DNA of 57,289 bases, the filler included, from Syncephalis fuscata S228 (lineage: Eukaryota; Fungi; Zoopagomycota), in the NCBI GenBank assembly GCA_025786725.1. It is 3 parts of 3 records of this genome, joined end to end, with 100 filler letters (N's around TTAATTAATTAA, not from the genome) between each part and the next. Parts side by side here need not be neighbours in the genome. Positions count along the whole stretch, not along the records: positions 34,584 to 57,289 come from JAHLTZ010000141.1; 2 more parts are not named here. The stretch is one strand, 5' to 3'. The position numbers and the translations under genes were made by a program. Shown one piece after another: positions 50,886-57,289 of this stretch. The notes under the pieces are model-generated. The model made no database searches and had not been told where the DNA came from. It was given only the letters and a program-made list of their open reading frames with translations. Positions within the stretch are counted from its first letter, which is position 1, and every line of letters starts with the position of its first letter.

Positions 50886-52196
50886 TGCTAATCTCGTTCA
50901 ATATTGTATAATCATTATAATGTTTATCATTCCTTATATATTGACTATACGTTGTCTATAACCGTTGTCGGTATAGTTTTAACTCTTTTATTAATAAAAA
51001 TTGACATATCATACTTATTTTGTTCATCAAGTTATATTGTTATAACAAATATGAATATGAACAGTTGTTTTTATTAAAATACTGTTAATAAATTGATTTA
51101 AATAAAAAATATAACATACTATTTGATTTCTTTGAAACACTTGAAGCCGATTATCGTTATTGTTGTTGTTTGCCATATGTAAAAAGATTGATCGAATATT
51201 AATAGAAGCCATATGATTGCAATTCCATATCGTTCTGTATTTGTTGTTGTTGCATCTATGTACAGCATGTAGATTACATCTAAATAGTATCTTCTATTTT
51301 TTAATATTCTACTGTTGCATTTTGGGCATATTTGTGATGTAAGACCAAAATTAATATAATTATTATAAATGTCGTTTATTAAACAGCCACTTCCTCTATA
51401 GCCAATCTGACTAAATAAATGGCATTTGAACAGTTAATATCATAATGACAATGTATATATATTAAGCAATAATAAAAATAACTGATTGATTACATTATTA
51501 TACTGACAATTACACATGAATTAATTAATGTTGGATGCAATATTATACATATTATAGTAATGAATAGTGTTTAATTGTAACTAAAAGTATTAAGAAAAAG
51601 GGAGTGAAATAAGTAAATAGAAATGTTAAAGTCAAAGTAAAATAGCTCCGTTTATTTGATCAATATAGTGCATTTGCCATTCAAATCAGTAAGTAATACA
51701 AATTGCTAATACATATTTGATTTAACATACTAAAATGCTATCTATTAATTAAAATATTCTATTTGTAATGCTTATTAACATACATTACATCATAGTATTC
51801 TATGTTCTATTTGTTTTTAATAGCTTTATTGATTATAAATTGCTCTTTTTTCATAAACATCATTTTGTCAATCAATACACATATTGTATACTTTATTCTA
51901 TTAGCACTTTGAAATAGCTACTTTATACTAGATTGTCCGCATACTATGTTAATGATAGATAAATCTGCTTAATTGTTATTAAAACTTCATTTTTATACTG
52001 TTTGTCATATATCCATATGTTTTTTAAATGCATTGCTTTTGTTTGTACATGTCTATAATTACGATGTAATTGTGTGTCAATCAACTCTATGGTCTGCTAC
52101 GCAATTTCTAATGTAGTTTATAAAAACTGCTATAGTTATTCCCATTTTAAACTTATTTTATTTTAGCACGTTCTACAGTTAAGCGTATTGTTAATT

Positions 52197-53330
52197 TTAG
52201 CTTAAGCCACAAATACTTAATTCACGCATCTCTTGTATTATCTGAGAAAGTTCACTGTCGTTCTGTCTTAACTCAGTATTACCAGAGGCGGTTGGCATTT
52301 GTAGCGTTTGCAACCGCTCATATGATTCGCTTGAAAAACGGTGCTGTAACTTGACAAGTGCCTCGAAAGAAGGGTCGAGATAAGGAACACGCAAGTCTAC
52401 CAGCTTTGGAAGTTCCGCGCTTAGTTGTGTATTTAATGCATCATATACTTCTTGCGATTGGCGCATATGCATCTCCGCCTATATAGTTTTGGGATTAAAT
52501 CAAACGATTGATAGACTAAATACTAATACTTACACGAGGGAGTTTTGACGGATCATCGCTGGGTTTCTCTGTTAGTTTACGAACTTTAGCACGAGCTGAA
52601 TCATAGTCTAACAGCTTATTATGACGCTTGCGCACTGCTTCATTGACTTCAGGAAATAAGGCGCAATATCTTCCAATGGGATCAAGTACCGTTTCCCGAC
52701 ATTGCTCATCCTATTTAGTGCAGTTTAGTTATTTGTCACGTATTGGATAGTATTCAAACTACGCACCACATCGACACGAAGTGACTGGTCCAGCTCATTC
52801 ATTACGGCCTTATAGCGAGCGGCCGATCCGCCTAATTCGGTGTCTTGGCTGCTTTCCAGAAACTGTGCCACTGTATTTGCTATGTGCATCTGTGAATTAC
52901 TCAGTGCTGTGCACGTTAGATACAATGCTTTTGGCATACTCTTTAAATAAATCTACTTACAACGCAAAGAATCAAGGTAGCCTTTGGCATCCTTATGCAG
53001 TTTATCCATCTTGTTTTCCATTCTATATGAATGATACCAGCAATAGAATAATGAGCTTCAGTAGTTATCATAACGCTTATCTTACGCTCGATAACGGTCT
53101 TCAATATCGGAAAACTCCCGGTCAATCGTCTTATCTACATGACCGGTACGTTGCATAAGCTATAAGTTAAACTAATTGTTAGCAATGTGGTTGGCTACCT
53201 ATATCCTAATTACCGAAGTACCCGCTCGATTCACTGATTTGACAAAGCCTGCCCTGTAGTAGCAGTCGCGTTATTATTTCTGTTATTAGTATAGACATGT
53301 TGCAAGTGTTGTAGAAGCTTACCAACTCAT
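52197..53330 (-). CDS. RVS161: BAR-domain amphiphysin-like protein Rvs161/Hob3
   Basis: Spliced MSWAGFVKSVNRAGTS, AKGYLDSLR, TVLDPIGRYCALFPEVNEAVRKRHNKLLDYDSARAKVRKL, ELPKLVDLRVPYLDPSFEALVKLQ, ELSICG. Confidence 0.93.
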
Positions 53331-55322
53331 GATGACTGTGATTTTATGAATGAAATATTAAAATGTTTGAATTGCAGGCAAGAAAGTGTTGTAGTTGGTG
53401 AACAGGCAAAAGAGAGAATGCATCACAAGACTTGAAACTATGGCATGTTTCAGGTCAAACATGTGTTACAATCATGTCGGTTTTACGCATTCGCTACCTA
53501 GAACATGCACAGGAACAACTAAAACAACACCCGAGTAATCACAATAGATTTTACAATGTTGGTTCGAAAAATATTGCTTGCAGTAAACTATATTATTTAG
53601 TATTTGGCTAAATGATTGTTTGATAGATACTATAGCTATAATAAATATCAGATCAATATCAGATAAACTGTCAGAGACAGGTGCCTGACGGGAATAAATA
53701 TAGATGAAGCTAAAATATTGAGTTAATTATGTGTTTGTAAATCATTATTCTAATATGTTAACAGCGATGTAATAGAATTACATTAATCCTTGAAACGACT
53801 CAGTCTCCTATAAATCGCTTTTTACATTGCATATTTTCTATTTGATAAAATTTGTAACAATGATATTGCCATTTATGAATATCTATTCAGTCCAAGAGCT
53901 ATTGTCAATTGACATAAGTAACAAAGTTGTATGGTGATACTTTAACTGATTAAATAAAAAGTCATCATTTTTAATCTAAACAATGTCGCGTATGACACAC
54001 GACACTGTTTTGTTATGCATTTGCAATCTTAGTGCCTACTATAATTACCAGGTTCATCAATAAAAGTATTATCGTTTTTTAAAATAGCCATGCAAACTAC
54101 ATTAATAGACGATTTAACAGATGCAATAAGCATCATTGGAATGCTGCTGCTGCTGTCAATGGATTATCCGGTTCATCTGCAGTTTGTAAACAGGTTCTAT
54201 GATCTTTAGGACACAGCTTTGCTAAAATGGCCCAGCTGTGCTACAATGCGTGTAATGCTTGCATATAATATTCCATTTAGTCGAGCCATAATAGCCTAGT
54301 AGCAAATGGGGATAGCATTGCTATTATTAGTAGTAAACATCAAATAATGTATTAAGAAGTAACAGTGGCCGCATAGGCTGCTAGGTAACAAAAACAGATC
54401 CGTCAAAATAGCTCAGCTACACAACAAAGGTTTCTATCGTATAGCAGTTGCTATACAAGCCATTGCAAACACCGATCATGGAGCTGGTCACGTTGCCATT
54501 TCGGCAGTTTGACCTAGGTCGAATCGGCATCTTTTAGTGATAGTATTATCAGCTGATCATTTCTCTCTTTATTAATCTCGTCATAGCTACTTTAACTCCG
54601 CAAAAACGCCATGTTGTGTTACTTCCATTACTACTCGGCACACACTGCACATAATGTAAGAGCTGCGTCGACAATAACAGTAGATATGTTTCTTATGGTA
54701 GACTTAAAAAGCTGAACGCAGCTGATTGGCACAGACTATTACAAGGACCAAATGGTTTCCATTAACGCAACAGCTGTTATACAAACACCCCAGTGCACGA
54801 AACAAAAGTCGTTTCGAGGATCATAGAATACGGCAACCGCAGGGGCGTTCCATCAAATGCAAAGAGCTGAATGTGAGTTGTATTGTGTGCATAAGCTGAA
54901 ACAAGTGCCAATGGACAGGGAGAAGGCAACGACATGCAGCATCATGTGTTACGTTGGAAGCACATGTTGTCGTACTTTTCACTATCAGTCACAATATTCA
55001 AATAGTCGCGCTTGTAAATCCATCGGGTTTTTTCCTAGTTTTCTTTTGCTATTTCGTGTTTGTCGTACTTATATGTACATGTCTGAGCAGTTCCTCATTA
55101 TCCATATCTAGCAACCGTGAACGCACTTTGCTTTATTTTCTGTTTTCTTTATCATATATCGTATTGTTGCGTTGAACATGTTGCTGGCGTTCGGAAGCCA
55201 CGGCGCGTCTTAACAAATCAACACCGCACCAATCCTTGCGGTGCATTCCATTATTTAAAACCGCACAACCGGCCATCGCGCGCAGAAGCGAGTCTACTTT
55301 TCGCAAATAAACATCGTCTATC

Positions 55323-56473
55323 ATGCATATTTCTTCTCATCGAGCTAATCGTTCGCTGGATAGCACGCAAGACCGTCTTGACGGCCGTACTTGTGTAAAA
55401 AGCTCGGGTGGTCAACATGCTGACGAGGCTGCATCCACGCCACAAGACCTGCAATCTGCATCATGTGAATATGACATTTCATGCTTGTCGACACCCAAAG
55501 AATTGTCATGCAAGCCGCATTTCCAATGGACCTTCCATGGCTTCATGTCACACCAATATCATCAGCGCAACTGTAGAAATGACAGTGCCACAGGTCATCC
55601 TGTGCCAATGCCAACTCAGCTGTCGGGTGAACTGACACTTGGACTTGACTGTCTGAAAAAGTTGTAAATTGCCAGCTGGTGAAAAGCAGTGCGAATGGAT
55701 TGCTGTTCATGGTGAGTACTATTGATTATTAATCAAATGTCAAAACATTTACACATTCTTTTGTATAGTCGTCGATTTCTTCAATCAGGTTAATTTACTT
55801 TATGGCACTATCACCGAGTTTTGCACACCTAGAGATTGCCCGGTCATGTCGGCCGGCGATCGTTATCAGTATCGTTGGCTTGAGAATAAACAGTCAAGCA
55901 GACATAGTACTTGCCTATCAAGCAAGAGCGTCACTACTATTACATCGGCATCTACTTACACGAACAGCGACTGTGGTAGCGGATATTACAGTGGCAGTCT
56001 AGCTAACCGTAGAGAAGGCGCATCGCGTGCTATTTTGTTGCCAGCACCAGACTATATAGATAATATAATGCGCTGGGGCTTGCGGATGATTGAAAATCTT
56101 CAAACGCTTCAGATCAAAAAAGCGCTTCCTTCACACAAATGTCTTCTAGTGTTGTACGGACATTGTTCAAACGGATATTTCGTATATATGCACACATATA
56201 TCACGCACATTCTGGTGCCATCTCGGTGCTAAGACAGGAAGCACTTTTAAACACATCTTTTATTCACTTCGTTTTATTTGCACGCGAATTAATCTCATCG
56301 ACGAACGAGAAGAACATCCTATGGCGGAGGTGATTGCACTGCTTACCAATCCTGCATGCAACAAAGATAATCATATAGACTCTATTGCCGTTACAATGGC
56401 TATCATTGTATTTTTTGCTGTTTTCCTTGAGTTGTTTAGTTTATTTTTTATTTACATTAGTAATTTTGTTTAA
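55323..56473 (+). CDS. Divergent Mob1/phocein-family kinase activator; several frameshifts; both termini uncertain
   Basis: [14 protein letters not shown]|[68 protein letters not shown]; intron ~55712-55768. Confidence 0.85.
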
Positions 56474-57084
56474 AGCCTTTATTTAATAGAAAATTAAGCA
56501 TTTGCAGTTATTTCAATTATATTATGTTTACATTATCTGTGTATCAAATTAATAGTATCATTAATAGTTAATTAACAAAATATAATGTTTCTAATTAATA
56601 AATTTAACAATAAATGCATAAATATAAATTTTAAATAAACAATGTTTGTTATATAATAGAATGAGTATACGATGGTAGTGATATGAATGAATCGGATTTA
56701 TATGCGTACTAGATATATGCGTACTAAATAAAGAATATACTATTACAGCATTAGTAGTATGATTAGGTAACTTTGATTAAACAACCAAATAAAAAGAAAA
56801 AGAAAATAAATAGCTTATTCAGATTTTTCAATATTAATATTAAATGAATTTAACGTTAACTATGACTCAAATCAGTAGATTTATAATAAAAGTTGCAAAC
56901 TGTATATATCCTGACAATAAGCTAAAGAAAATTAAGCGAGCGAAAATTATATTTATTATTATGTAGGCGAAAACATTAGGTATTTGTAATACTGTCGAAG
57001 TTCTAATAAAAGCATGTAGCATAGAACTGTGGTGAAAAATTAAGTACATTAAATGCAACAAAGCTTAAATTAAAATTTTGATTA

Positions 57085-57150
57085 CTGATGTCATTCACCA
57101 CCCAGCTCCATGTTTAATAAAACGAATGCTATTAAATGTAGTTATTTGAC
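57085..57150 (-). repeat. Fragment of the dispersed repeat family, reverse orientation
   Basis: Reverse complement reads attcgttttattaaacatg...gggtggtgaatgacatc, matching 50385-50525. Confidence 0.65.
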
Positions 57151-57203
57151 ACAAAAATATATTAAATAATCAAATAATAAACTAATTATAAAATCAATGC
57201 ATG

Positions 57204-57289
57204 ATAGCGCAAAATGTTACACTATACAATAACAGGCCCTCTAACTTGTTATACAAAATAATGTTTATAGCAACAGCTACTAATTAAGT
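57204..57289 (+). repeat. Direct repeat of 41161-41246, cut off by window end
   Basis: Near-exact match. Confidence 0.92.

Noticed and set aside
50494-50961. 155-aa hydrophobic ORF
   Set aside because: Lies in an AT-rich dispersed repeat, has I/Y/F/L-biased composition, and is not preserved in the other copy.
7500-56300. Many frameshifts (about 7510, 9962, 10467, 20578, 29900-30205, 55660, 56100, 56290) read as pseudogenes or programmed frameshifting
   Set aside because: Those I traced are repaired by adding one base to a homopolymer, including in conserved genes, which is typical of sequencing error.

Overview
AT-rich, intron-dense eukaryotic DNA with short GT-AG introns and CTAAC/CTAAT branch sites. 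It is most consistent with an early-diverging fungus; the lineage-specific 7TM and secreted families resemble those I associate with the mycoparasite Syncephalis (Zoopagomycota), which is an inference. The window is three segments joined by artificial N44-TTAATTAATTAA-N44 linkers. Many genes carry single-base homopolymer deletions that look like sequencing errors. Housekeeping genes: SIS1-type Hsp40, Spo7-like, CC2D1/Lgd-like DM14-C2 protein, coatomer zeta, CYLD-like USP, REV7, RVS161 and a divergent Mob1. Most unusual elements: (1) a tandem trio of secreted CSab-defensin-like proteins, one stand-alone and two fused to a CBM19-like chitin-binding module, one of which has TGA at two conserved Cys positions; (2) an RBR E3 ligase fused in frame to an atypical zinc-finger array, with its membrane anchor behind a single in-frame TAG; (3) a head-to-head pair of diverged paralogs of unknown function plus a 7TM gene, enclosed by an 835-bp inverted repeat that is part of a decayed gene with 3-nt microexons; (4) a 303-bp tRNA-headed SINE with a 17-bp target-site duplication.
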